A DNA stretch of 64,000 bases from an uncultured Geobacter sp. (GTDB taxonomy: Bacteria > Desulfobacterota > Desulfuromonadia > Geobacterales > Pseudopelobacteraceae): positions 7,249-71,248 of the forward strand of contig CAYWJJ010000014.1 of NCBI GenBank assembly GCA_964458105.1, read 5' to 3'. The translations under genes were made by a program, and so were the position numbers. Shown one piece after another: positions 9,973 through 17,654 of this stretch; within the stretch, counting starts at the first letter, position 1, and each line of letters opens with the position of its first letter. Below the pieces are notes generated by a model that made no database searches, was not told the origin of the DNA, and saw only the letters and a list, made by a program, of their open reading frames with translations.

Positions 9973-10302
9973 ATGGAAAAGAAAAAACGGATAGACGCTC
10001 TGAACGAAAAAGCCCGAGCCATTGAAGCGCTCGCAGATGGTGAGATGAAGTCGGTGGAGGCCCTGGAAGAAGGGGGCATGCTCAAGATGCCGGTGGGATG
10101 CACATCAATCTACGATACCGGATGGGAGACAAACCCCCGTGCAACCAACCCGGTCGGGAATTGCCAGCCCTCATCTCACGATTATCTCGGATGCGCAGGT
10201 GATTGCTGGTGGCCGGCACAAAACCCGGATGGAATGACCAACTATCTGGATCTCGAACTCACTTGCAGCAGTATTATCCGCGACTGGCGCGATATAAAGT
10301 AG
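9973..10302 (+). CDS. qhpC: QHNDH gamma subunit precursor (CTQ-bearing, triple thioether-crosslinked peptide)
   Basis: The ATG at 9973 lies 10 nt after GGAGGA; the ORF track starts at 9949. The core GC-TSIYDTGW-E ... C-QPSSH-D ... GC-AGD-CWWPAQNPD carries the hallmark CWWPAQ motif and all Cys/acidic partner spacings. Confidence 0.85.
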   Translation: MEKKKRIDALNEKARAIEALADGEMKSVEALEEGGMLKMPVGCTSIYDTGWETNPRATNPVGNCQPSSHDYLGCAGDCWWPAQNPDGMTNYLDLELTCSSIIRDWRDIK

Positions 10303-10393
10303 GTCAGCCGGAGAAGCTTCCCGTAGAAATATAAAGTGCATTCCCGTGCCGCTGCGCCGTCGGGAAATCATCTCTTTGAACAAGGAGTTATCA

Positions 10394-11401
10394 ATGACAA
10401 ATAGAATTTTATTTCTGGTGGGGTTCATGGCTCTTTGCCTTCTGTCCGGCACCGGACAGAGCGAGGCAAAAGAACTGATCTTCAATCTGGGGTATGGAAA
10501 AATCCAGGTTATTGACGTTGGCACCGATGAATTGCTCCCGGATATTGAGATCAAGGGGTGGGGGCGTGAAGCCTCGTTTTCCGCTGACAAGAAATTCATG
10601 TACGTAACGGCCAGCCGCCACCTGATTCACAAGATTGATATACAGCAGAATCGTGTGGTCAATACCATTGACATGCACTATGGCGGCTGGCAGCGATTCG
10701 TTTTCGGAATGGACCTGGCAGAAGACGGCAAGACGGCCTACGTCCACTTCTTCTCACGCAAGACCGACAGGGGCGAAGCCGTTGTAGGTCAACCGACGGT
10801 TGCACAGATCGATCTTGAGAGCGGGAAAATCCTGCGCAGCATGGAGGTCCCCTTCGGCGTATGTTACCTGACGTACGCGAAAAACAGTCAGACAATCTAT
10901 GCGGTCGGGCTGGACGTTTACCTGATAGACGTCTCCGGCAAAGAGATGAAAACAGCAGGCCTTTATCCGATGTTTGACAAAAAGATGAATATCCTGCCGC
11001 TCTTTAGCTATACAGCCGAAAATAACGGGGTGGCGCTACTGCCATACTGGATCGGTGAAGCTCCGGGGCTCTTAAGTATAAATACCAATACGGGCAAGAT
11101 TACCGAAACCCCGATAAAAAATCCGATGATGGTCTACGGTGCCCTATACTCGCCCGATATGAAAAAGGCCTACGCCAATATGGACGAACTGTACGTGATC
11201 GACCTGGCGACCCAAACCGTTACCAATACTGAAATCATTCCATCCGGCACAACATTCAGTGTCATGACAAGCGCCGACGGCAAAAAGATATATCTGCAGG
11301 GGGGACCGACCATCACGATTTACGATGCGGAATCGTTGAAGGTCGTAAAAACCCTTGAAATGTCGACGGACGGGATGCTGCTGCGCAGGTTGACCCTGTA
11401 A
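10394..11401 (+). CDS. qhpB: QHNDH beta subunit (7-bladed beta-propeller)
   Basis: ATG at 10394 follows AAGGAG. Signal peptide MTNRILFLVGFMALCLLSGTGQSEA. The ~335-aa beta-rich protein occupies the canonical position after qhpC. Confidence 0.75.
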   Translation: MTNRILFLVGFMALCLLSGTGQSEAKELIFNLGYGKIQVIDVGTDELLPDIEIKGWGREASFSADKKFMYVTASRHLIHKIDIQQNRVVNTIDMHYGGWQRFVFGMDLAEDGKTAYVHFFSRKTDRGEAVVGQPTVAQIDLESGKILRSMEVPFGVCYLTYAKNSQTIYAVGLDVYLIDVSGKEMKTAGLYPMFDKKMNILPLFSYTAENNGVALLPYWIGEAPGLLSINTNTGKITETPIKNPMMVYGALYSPDMKKAYANMDELYVIDLATQTVTNTEIIPSGTTFSVMTSADGKKIYLQGGPTITIYDAESLKVVKTLEMSTDGMLLRRLTL

Positions 11402-11412
11402 AGGGAGCGCTC

Positions 11413-12240
11413 GTGGATTACGGAATCCTCGTGAATGATGCCGGCCCGTTACCGGATGACCCGCGGGAGGTTTGCACGGCACCCTGGCGGACCGTTCTGC
11501 CACCCGGTCCACTGCGGGCGATCTATTTCGGGTCGGAGTTTTGTGCCGACCAGCTGCCCGATACAGCCAAAGTTGCGCTGCTCTGCGCACATGCCCGTGA
11601 CGCCGGGGTCGAAGCTGTGCTGCTGACCCCCATCGCCACTCCCCGGGGGCTCGCAAAAATCGAACAGTTGCTGTCCGGTATTTCCGCCGCCGGAGAGCTG
11701 CCGGCGGTTGTTTTTAACGACTGGGGGGTCGCGAATCTGCTGCGGGAATCTTTCCCTCACCTCCAGCGGCGGGCGGGACGACTGATGAATCGCGGTCTCC
11801 GCGACCCGCGGCTGATGGAAAAGATGACGGACTCCCAAAGCGTTCCGGGGGAGCGGGGAGAGCGGATGCGCTCGCTGCTTGCGCGTTTGGGAGTTGCGGC
11901 GCTTGAAACCGACTGCGACCTGCAAGGCGGTTTTCTCGGGGATGGAACGGAGGCGTTGCAGCGGGTACTGCATCTTCCGTACGCGTTCGCGGCAAGCGGC
12001 AGGAATTGCCTGATAAAGGCCGAAGGGGCGCAGACCATCGACCAATGCTTTACCAAAGGGCTGGACCTTCCCTGCAGTGGCGCATGCCGTGGCCAGTGGC
12101 ATCGGGTCGACCGGCCGGATACTTCTCTGCCGCTCTGGCGGGCCGGCAATACCATCTTTTTTGAAGTCCCCCGATTTCAGGCTTTAGTGCAGATTGGACA
12201 GGCGGATCGCATCGTCCTCCATCAAGGGCCGACACTGTGA
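11413..12240 (+). CDS. Peptidase-U32-family-like protein, UbiV-like (putative Fe-S subunit of an O2-independent hydroxylase)
   Basis: GTG start 5 nt after AAGGGAG. AIYFGSEFCADQLP resembles the UbiV VYLGE.VCS.R motif. There is a C-terminal Cys cluster NC..(x12)..C..(x8)..CSGAC. Its stop overlaps the next start (GTGA). Confidence 0.6.
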   Translation: MDYGILVNDAGPLPDDPREVCTAPWRTVLPPGPLRAIYFGSEFCADQLPDTAKVALLCAHARDAGVEAVLLTPIATPRGLAKIEQLLSGISAAGELPAVVFNDWGVANLLRESFPHLQRRAGRLMNRGLRDPRLMEKMTDSQSVPGERGERMRSLLARLGVAALETDCDLQGGFLGDGTEALQRVLHLPYAFAASGRNCLIKAEGAQTIDQCFTKGLDLPCSGACRGQWHRVDRPDTSLPLWRAGNTIFFEVPRFQALVQIGQADRIVLHQGPTL

Positions 12241-13196
12241 AAATACTGGCGCCGCTACGACATTCGGATGAGGTAGCTCCGTTGCTGGAAGCCGGAGCGG
12301 ATGAGTTCTTCTGCGGGCTGACGCCACCTGGCTGGGAGTCTCGCTTTGGAGCTGCCTGGGCAAACCGGCGTGCGCCCCAATCCGCAGGTGTGGTTGATTT
12401 GGCAGATTTTGAGCGGATCGTGGCCCTGTCTGAAGGACGTTCCGTCCATGTGGCGCTCAATGCGCCCTGTTACCCGCCCAGCGCAGTGGAGATGCTGGCG
12501 GCATTCGGTACTCTCCTGCTGGACAAGGGGGCATCGGGGCTGATCGTGGCTGACATGGATCTCCTGCTGGCGCTGGTCGAGGCCGGCCATGGGGCATCTC
12601 TCCATCTGTCGAGCCTGGCAACTTGCATCAACGCGGGGTCCGCGAAATTTTACCACGACCTGGGCATACGGAGGATCATTCTCCCCCGACATCTGACCCT
12701 GAGCGAAATAGAGAAAATATTGATCCCCGGGCTGGAGTTCGAAGCTTTTCTGCTGAACGATGGCTGCGTCTTCGAGGAAGGGCTCTGCGCCACGACCCAC
12801 GCCGCCGGCACATTCTGCAGCATGGATGGCCAGGGATCGCAGGGGGTTTCACCGGAGGCGGTGGAACGCTACGCCTTCTGGAAGTGGACACTCAACCATT
12901 GCGGATGCCGGACAGGCAACGGCTATCCGATGGGTCCCTGCGGGCTATGCGCGATACCTCGCCTGCTGGCGGCCGGCATCGTCAGTTTCAAGGTGGTGGG
13001 ACGGGAAGCGTCCCTGGCGCGTAAGGAAGCTTCGGTGCGGATAGCGGCCCGGTCGTTGCGCCTGGCGCAGGCGGGTGCCGGTCCGGAGGAGATCCGCCAG
13101 GCAGTCGTGGATCTGCGCGGTTGGCCCCAGATGTGCGAGGAACGGCATCTGTGCTACTACCCGGATCTGTGGCAGCGAAAGGAATCGGCATGTTGA
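12237..13196 (+). CDS. Peptidase-U32-family protein, UbiU-like (putative O2-independent hydroxylase subunit)
   Basis: The following resemble the U32 core as in UbiU, TrhP and RlhA: MKILAP....EVAPLLEAGADEFFCGL, VHVALN, GASGLIVADMDLL, LHLSSLA...N...FY..LG..RIILPRHLTLSEI, CVFEEGLC (Cx6C) followed by further Cys, and KVVGRE. Confidence 0.7.
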   Translation: MKILAPLRHSDEVAPLLEAGADEFFCGLTPPGWESRFGAAWANRRAPQSAGVVDLADFERIVALSEGRSVHVALNAPCYPPSAVEMLAAFGTLLLDKGASGLIVADMDLLLALVEAGHGASLHLSSLATCINAGSAKFYHDLGIRRIILPRHLTLSEIEKILIPGLEFEAFLLNDGCVFEEGLCATTHAAGTFCSMDGQGSQGVSPEAVERYAFWKWTLNHCGCRTGNGYPMGPCGLCAIPRLLAAGIVSFKVVGREASLARKEASVRIAARSLRLAQAGAGPEEIRQAVVDLRGWPQMCEERHLCYYPDLWQRKESAC

Positions 13197-14923
13197 CCGG
13201 ATTGGGGCTTTTCAGCCGGCATCTGCGAGGGAAAAGCGCCCTGATAGCAGCCCTGTTCCTGCTGGGACTGGCCGGCGCCGCTACTTCGCTGGCTTCTCCG
13301 CTGATCGGCAAGACCTTCATCGATTCGGTCGTCGGCAAGCACAACTTTGCCCTGGTGCCGCGCATTGCCCTGGCGCTTCTCGGGTTGGCGGTTGCCGATC
13401 TGATGCTTGGGGCATGTACGCGTCTGGTACACACAAAACTGTCGGCCGGGGTTCTGGTGGAGATCAGGGAACGGCTGTTCACCCAATGCCTGCATGCACC
13501 GCTGGCGGAGATGGAGCGCTTCCGCCAGGGCGATCTGCTGAGCCGCTTCGGCTCCGACATCCCGAAAATCCAGACGCTGCTGGTGGACGGTATCCTCGGA
13601 TTCTTCCAGAATTTCCTGTTCCTGATCGTCGCGGCCGCTATCCTTCTGCATCTGTCGGTGTCCCTGGCGCTCTGGAGTTTCCTCGGAATCCTGGTTGCGC
13701 TGGCGATTACGACGGCGTTCCGCGGACCGGTGGAACAGGGAACCCGCAAGGTTCGCGATGCGATGGTCGACCTGTCCCATTTCCTTACCGAGCGTCTTGG
13801 CGCCCTGCGCGCCGTGCGTCTCCATCAGGCGCAGAGCCGGGATCAGCAATCATTTTCCGCCTGCAATAACATCCTCGTTCGCCGGTTACTGAAATTCCAG
13901 ACCCTCGATTCAGCCGCTTCAGGATTCCCGGCCCTGGCGCTTAGTGCCGGTCTGGCCTGGATTTACCTGCTTGGTGGAAGGCTGATCGAGAGCGGCGCCA
14001 TAACCCTGGGAACGTTCGTGGCCTTTATGTTGTACCAGGGCAGACTGGTCAGCCCGGCCATGGGGATTCTGGGACTGGTGCGCAAACTCCAGGAAGCACA
14101 AGTCAGCCTGGAAAGGGTGGCCGAGCTGCTGGCAAACGAGGCGGCCGCCACAGTTGCGACAGTTGCGGGTGCGGCAGAGCCGGGCGAAATTGTTCTTGAG
14201 AATCTCGGTTTCGCCTATGACGGGTCCCCGGAGGTCCTGGATGGCGCCAGTTTGAAGGTTTCAGCGGGAGAACGCATAGCGGTTTTCGGGGCGTCCGGGG
14301 CCGGCAAGTCGACCCTGGTGCAGATGCTGTTCGGCCTGCGTTCACCGCACAGGGGACGGCTCTCGATTGGCCCCGCAATAAACGATTCTCAAGCGAGACT
14401 GGGCTATGCCGGCTGCGATCCTTTTCTGCTGCACGCGACGGTTGCCGAGAACCTGCGATACGGCAACCGGGAGGCCGGCGCTGAGCAGTTGCAGTACGCA
14501 GCCGGCATTGCGGAAGCCCATGGCTTTATTTGCGGGCTGCCGGACCGGTATGGCACTGTCATCGGCGGCCGGGGACTGGCGCTGTCCGACGGGCAACGGC
14601 AACGGATCGGGCTGGCCCGGCTGGTTCTGCGCAATCCGCAGATTCTGGTGCTGGACGAAGCCTTTTCGGCGCTTGATCCCGACACCGAGGCCAAGGTCCG
14701 ACGGAATCTGTTCAACCATTTTCCCGACCGGACATTTGTGGTCATCACCCACCGATTGCAGGCACTGGATGAGTTCGATCGCCTCTATCTGATGAAGGCG
14801 GGAGGTCTCCGCCAGGTTGATTGTCAGGAACTTCGGGCCGAGCTTGACGGTACGGCAGTGAGGCAGGCCGCCTCGAATCTGGTCATGCTCGATCATGCCC
14901 GTTCTCTCAGGCGTTCGGCATGA
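13190..14923 (+). CDS. qhpF: ABC exporter (fused TMD-NBD) of the qhp operon
   Basis: The internal ATG at 13190 overlaps the upstream stop (ATGTTGA); the ORF track starts at 13121. Six-TM N-terminal half. Walker [10 protein letters not shown], signature LSDGQRQR, Walker B ILVLDEA. Confidence 0.8.
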   Translation: MLTGLGLFSRHLRGKSALIAALFLLGLAGAATSLASPLIGKTFIDSVVGKHNFALVPRIALALLGLAVADLMLGACTRLVHTKLSAGVLVEIRERLFTQCLHAPLAEMERFRQGDLLSRFGSDIPKIQTLLVDGILGFFQNFLFLIVAAAILLHLSVSLALWSFLGILVALAITTAFRGPVEQGTRKVRDAMVDLSHFLTERLGALRAVRLHQAQSRDQQSFSACNNILVRRLLKFQTLDSAASGFPALALSAGLAWIYLLGGRLIESGAITLGTFVAFMLYQGRLVSPAMGILGLVRKLQEAQVSLERVAELLANEAAATVATVAGAAEPGEIVLENLGFAYDGSPEVLDGASLKVSAGERIAVFGASGAGKSTLVQMLFGLRSPHRGRLSIGPAINDSQARLGYAGCDPFLLHATVAENLRYGNREAGAEQLQYAAGIAEAHGFICGLPDRYGTVIGGRGLALSDGQRQRIGLARLVLRNPQILVLDEAFSALDPDTEAKVRRNLFNHFPDRTFVVITHRLQALDEFDRLYLMKAGGLRQVDCQELRAELDGTAVRQAASNLVMLDHARSLRRSA

Positions 14924-15555
14924 CAGATCAGGCCAAAGATCAGGCAAGGCTTCGTATCGGGATGATCGACACCGGCGTCAACCCCTGGCACTCGCATGTC
15001 GGGGGCGGCGTGACCGGCTGCCGCATCTATCTGGACGGCGACGGCAGGATTCGGGAAGACGACGATTTTCGCGATCTGGTCGGGCATGGCACCGCGGTGG
15101 CCGGAATTCTGCGCCAGCAGCTCCCCGAAGTGGAAATCTTTGTTGTCAGGGTGTTCGAACGGGACCTCAGCTCCTATCCATCCCTGGTGGCGCGGGCCAT
15201 GTTGCGGGCCGCGGCCGAGGGATGCTCGACCCTGAATCTGAGCCTGGGAATGCCCCCCGGTCCCGGCTCCGAACTCCTCAGCATGGCCTGCCGCGAAATC
15301 ATCGATGCCGGTTGCACCGTCGTCGCCGCGGGTCATCCCGGTAATGCCCGGCTGCTGCCGGCATCGATTCCCGGAGTGTTGGGGGTGCTGGCGGACGACC
15401 ATGTCCCGGTGGGGGAAATCCGTATCAATCATGGGCGCGGCTACCCCTATTCCGCTTCCGGGAGCCCGCGCGATCTGGCAGGTTTGAGAAGTTCGGATAA
15501 TCTGTGGGGGAACTCCTTTGCCTGCGCCAGGGTGGCCGCATATATTTTTTCCTGA
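14920..15555 (+). CDS. qhpE: Small subtilisin-like serine protease (QhpC leader peptidase)
   Basis: Asp/His/Ser triad motifs are IGMIDTGV, GHGTAVAG and GNSFACARVA. The ~211-aa size is typical of QhpE. There is an ATGA overlap with qhpF. Confidence 0.8.
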   Translation: MTDQAKDQARLRIGMIDTGVNPWHSHVGGGVTGCRIYLDGDGRIREDDDFRDLVGHGTAVAGILRQQLPEVEIFVVRVFERDLSSYPSLVARAMLRAAAEGCSTLNLSLGMPPGPGSELLSMACREIIDAGCTVVAAGHPGNARLLPASIPGVLGVLADDHVPVGEIRINHGRGYPYSASGSPRDLAGLRSSDNLWGNSFACARVAAYIFS

Positions 15556-15567
15556 TTCGTTCTAAGT

Positions 15568-15674
15568 CCCTTCTCCCAAAGGGAGAAGGTGGCCGAAGGC
15601 CGGATGAGGGGGCAACAGTGCCATATAAATCCAACTCTGCCCCTCACCCTAGCCCTCTCCCTCAGGGAGAGGGA
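15568..15674. repeat. Second inverted pair of GC-rich REP-like elements
   Basis: Unit A is 15568-15612 (cccttctcccaaagggagaagg + tggccgaaggccggatgaggggg). Unit B is 15640-15674 (cccctcaccctagccctctccctcagggagaggga). The architecture matches 4269-4376. Confidence 0.75.
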
Positions 15675-15740
15675 ACTGTTTTGTCGCCATTGCTAAAGAT
15701 TTGATTTACTCAAAAGATGAAGTGAAAAAGGAGAACAGTT

Positions 15741-17477
15741 ATGGACAAGATCGCACGGATTGACATGGGGGCAGCAGGCGGCCCGAAGGTTACAGTGGGC
15801 GACCTGGGTGCATATGCCGGGTTGGGCGGCAGGGCGATGACCTCGCTGGTGGTCGCCGCAGAGGTCCATCCACTGGCCCATGCGCTGGGCGCCGAGAACA
15901 AGCTGGTGATTGCCCCCGGCATGCTGAGCGGCACCACCGGTTCCATGACCGGGCGGCTGTCGGTTGGCTGCAAGAGCCCGCTGACCGGCACCATCAAGGA
16001 ATCCAATGCCGGCGGCCAGGCCGCTCAGGTGCTGGCCAGGCTCGGCTACGCCGCTCTCATCCTGGAAGGGAAGCCGCAAGGCGACGATCTGTACAAGATT
16101 TACATCAACAAGGACGGCATCCAGGTCATTGTTGATAACAGCCTGAAGCTGCTGGACAACTACCCGGTCATCGATAAGCTGCGCCGGGAGTATGGCGACA
16201 AGGCGGCCTACATGTCCATCGGTTCGGCCGGAGAGCGCAAGCTGCTGGCGGCCTCCATCGCCTGCACCGATCCCGAATTGCGCCCGACCCGGCACTGCGG
16301 ACGGGGCGGGGTGGGCGCCGTGATGGGCGCCAAGCGGGTCAAGGCGATCATCCTGGACGATGCCGGCATGAAGATGCGCCCTCCCAGAGATGCGGACGCC
16401 TACCGCGACGCCAACCGCAAGTTCGTTGAAGGGCTGCGAAAACACCCGGTCACCGGAGAAGGATTGCCGGCATACGGCACCAATGTCCTGACCAACGTAT
16501 TGAACGAAGCCGGCGGCTATCCGACCTACAACTTCAAAACTGGTCAGTTTGAGAACTGCTCCAGCATCAGCGGCGAAGCCCAGGCCGCGCTGGAAATCAA
16601 ACGGGGCGGGTCGGCCACCCACGGCTGCCATCGCGGCTGCGTCATACAGTGCTCCGGCATTTACAACGACAAGGATGGAAATTACGTAACCAAACAGCCC
16701 GAATACGAGACGGTCTGGTCGCACGGCGGTAACTGCGGAATCCACGACCTGGATACCGTCGCCCGTCTTGATTACATGGACGACAATATCGGCGTTGACA
16801 CCATCGAAATGGGGGTCACGATCGGTATCGCCATGGATGCGGGGCTGGCCGATTTCGGAGATGGGGAAGCGGCGATCAGGCTGGTTGACGAGGTGGGCAA
16901 GGGGACTCCCCTCGGGCGGGTTCTTGGCTGCGGTGCGGAGATAACCGGCAAGGTCTTCGGCGTAGAAAGGGTGCCGGTCGTCAAGGGTCAGGCCCTCTCG
17001 GCCTACGATCCCCGCGCGGTCCAGGGGATGGGGGTCACCTACGCCACTGGCACCATGGGGGCCGACCATACCTCCGGCTACGCGGTCGCCACCAACATCC
17101 TGAAGATCGGCGGCGATGTGGACCCGCTCAAGACCGAAGGACAGGTCGAGCTGTCGCGCAACCTGCAGATCGCCACGGCAGCCATCGACTCCACCGGGAT
17201 GTGCCTGTTTGTCGCCATGGCCTTGATGGATCAGCCGGAAACCTTCCAGGCCTTGTTCGACATGCTAGGCTCCTTCCACGGCAGCGCCATGACCGGCGAC
17301 GAGTTCATGGCTCTGGGCAAAAAGGTGCTCTCCGCCGAGCGGGACTTCAACACCCGGGCCGGCTTCACCAGGCATCACGACCGTCTGCCGCGCTTTTTCA
17401 ACTCCGAGCCGCTGGAACCGCATAATATTGCATTCATGGTGAAGGATGAGGATCTGGACGAGGTCTTCAACTGGTAA
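15741..17477 (+). CDS. aor: Aldehyde:ferredoxin oxidoreductase (tungstopterin AOR family)
   Basis: 578-aa ORF. The N-terminal ..GLGGRA..S..V......PL...N.LV.APG.L.GT......GR..V..KSPLTG...ESN.GG pattern and the full-length architecture are typical of AOR. AAGGAG RBS. Confidence 0.9.
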   Translation: MDKIARIDMGAAGGPKVTVGDLGAYAGLGGRAMTSLVVAAEVHPLAHALGAENKLVIAPGMLSGTTGSMTGRLSVGCKSPLTGTIKESNAGGQAAQVLARLGYAALILEGKPQGDDLYKIYINKDGIQVIVDNSLKLLDNYPVIDKLRREYGDKAAYMSIGSAGERKLLAASIACTDPELRPTRHCGRGGVGAVMGAKRVKAIILDDAGMKMRPPRDADAYRDANRKFVEGLRKHPVTGEGLPAYGTNVLTNVLNEAGGYPTYNFKTGQFENCSSISGEAQAALEIKRGGSATHGCHRGCVIQCSGIYNDKDGNYVTKQPEYETVWSHGGNCGIHDLDTVARLDYMDDNIGVDTIEMGVTIGIAMDAGLADFGDGEAAIRLVDEVGKGTPLGRVLGCGAEITGKVFGVERVPVVKGQALSAYDPRAVQGMGVTYATGTMGADHTSGYAVATNILKIGGDVDPLKTEGQVELSRNLQIATAAIDSTGMCLFVAMALMDQPETFQALFDMLGSFHGSAMTGDEFMALGKKVLSAERDFNTRAGFTRHHDRLPRFFNSEPLEPHNIAFMVKDEDLDEVFNW

Positions 17478-17502
17478 GGGATATCGCAGAAAGAAGAAGT
17501 GT

Positions 17503-17576
17503 GTCGGACCTGCACAATTGAGGAGTGGTCGTTATTTACCACTATTTGTAAAATGTGCAGGTCCGACATATTTTTG
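17503..17576 (+). terminator. Rho-independent terminator after aor
   Basis: A perfect 14-bp stem, gtcggacctgcaca (17503-17516) with tgtgcaggtccgac (17554-17567), is followed by atattttt. The large loop contains an inner gtgg...ccac hairpin. Confidence 0.8.
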
Positions 17577-17615
17577 GGTGTTCTGAATATAAATAAATAT
17601 TAAACATTATTCCGC

Positions 17616-17632
17616 ATGACACATTCTGTCAT
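17616..17632 (+). promoter_or_regulatory. Palindrome ATGACA-N5-TGTCAT abutting a TATAGT -10-like hexamer (candidate operator/promoter of the radical-SAM repair pair)
   Basis: Perfect 6-bp arms at 17616-17621 and 17627-17632, with tatagt at 17632-17637 about 18 nt before the ATG at 17655. No clear -35 element. Confidence 0.2.
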
Positions 17633-17654
17633 ATAGTTGTGCTATCATTCCCCC

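Noticed and set aside
11413-13196. Interpreting the U32 ORFs as collagenase-type secreted proteases or as the QhpC leader peptidase
   Set aside because: Neither ORF has a signal peptide. The operon already encodes the dedicated subtilisin-like QhpE. The conserved Cys patterns fit the Fe-S hydroxylase branch of U32 better. This is still only inference.
12988-13869. Overlapping ORFs 12988..13749(-), 13075..13869(+) and 13157..13849(-) in the qhpF region
   Set aside because: All overlap the transmembrane half of the ABC exporter in other frames. Their Arg/Pro-rich composition is typical of off-frame GC-rich translation.
15693-17069. 458-aa ORF on the minus strand, antisense to aor
   Set aside because: It lies entirely inside the well-supported AOR gene. 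Its composition is Gly/Ala/Arg/Pro-rich with no recognisable motifs. This is a typical shadow ORF of GC-rich DNA.
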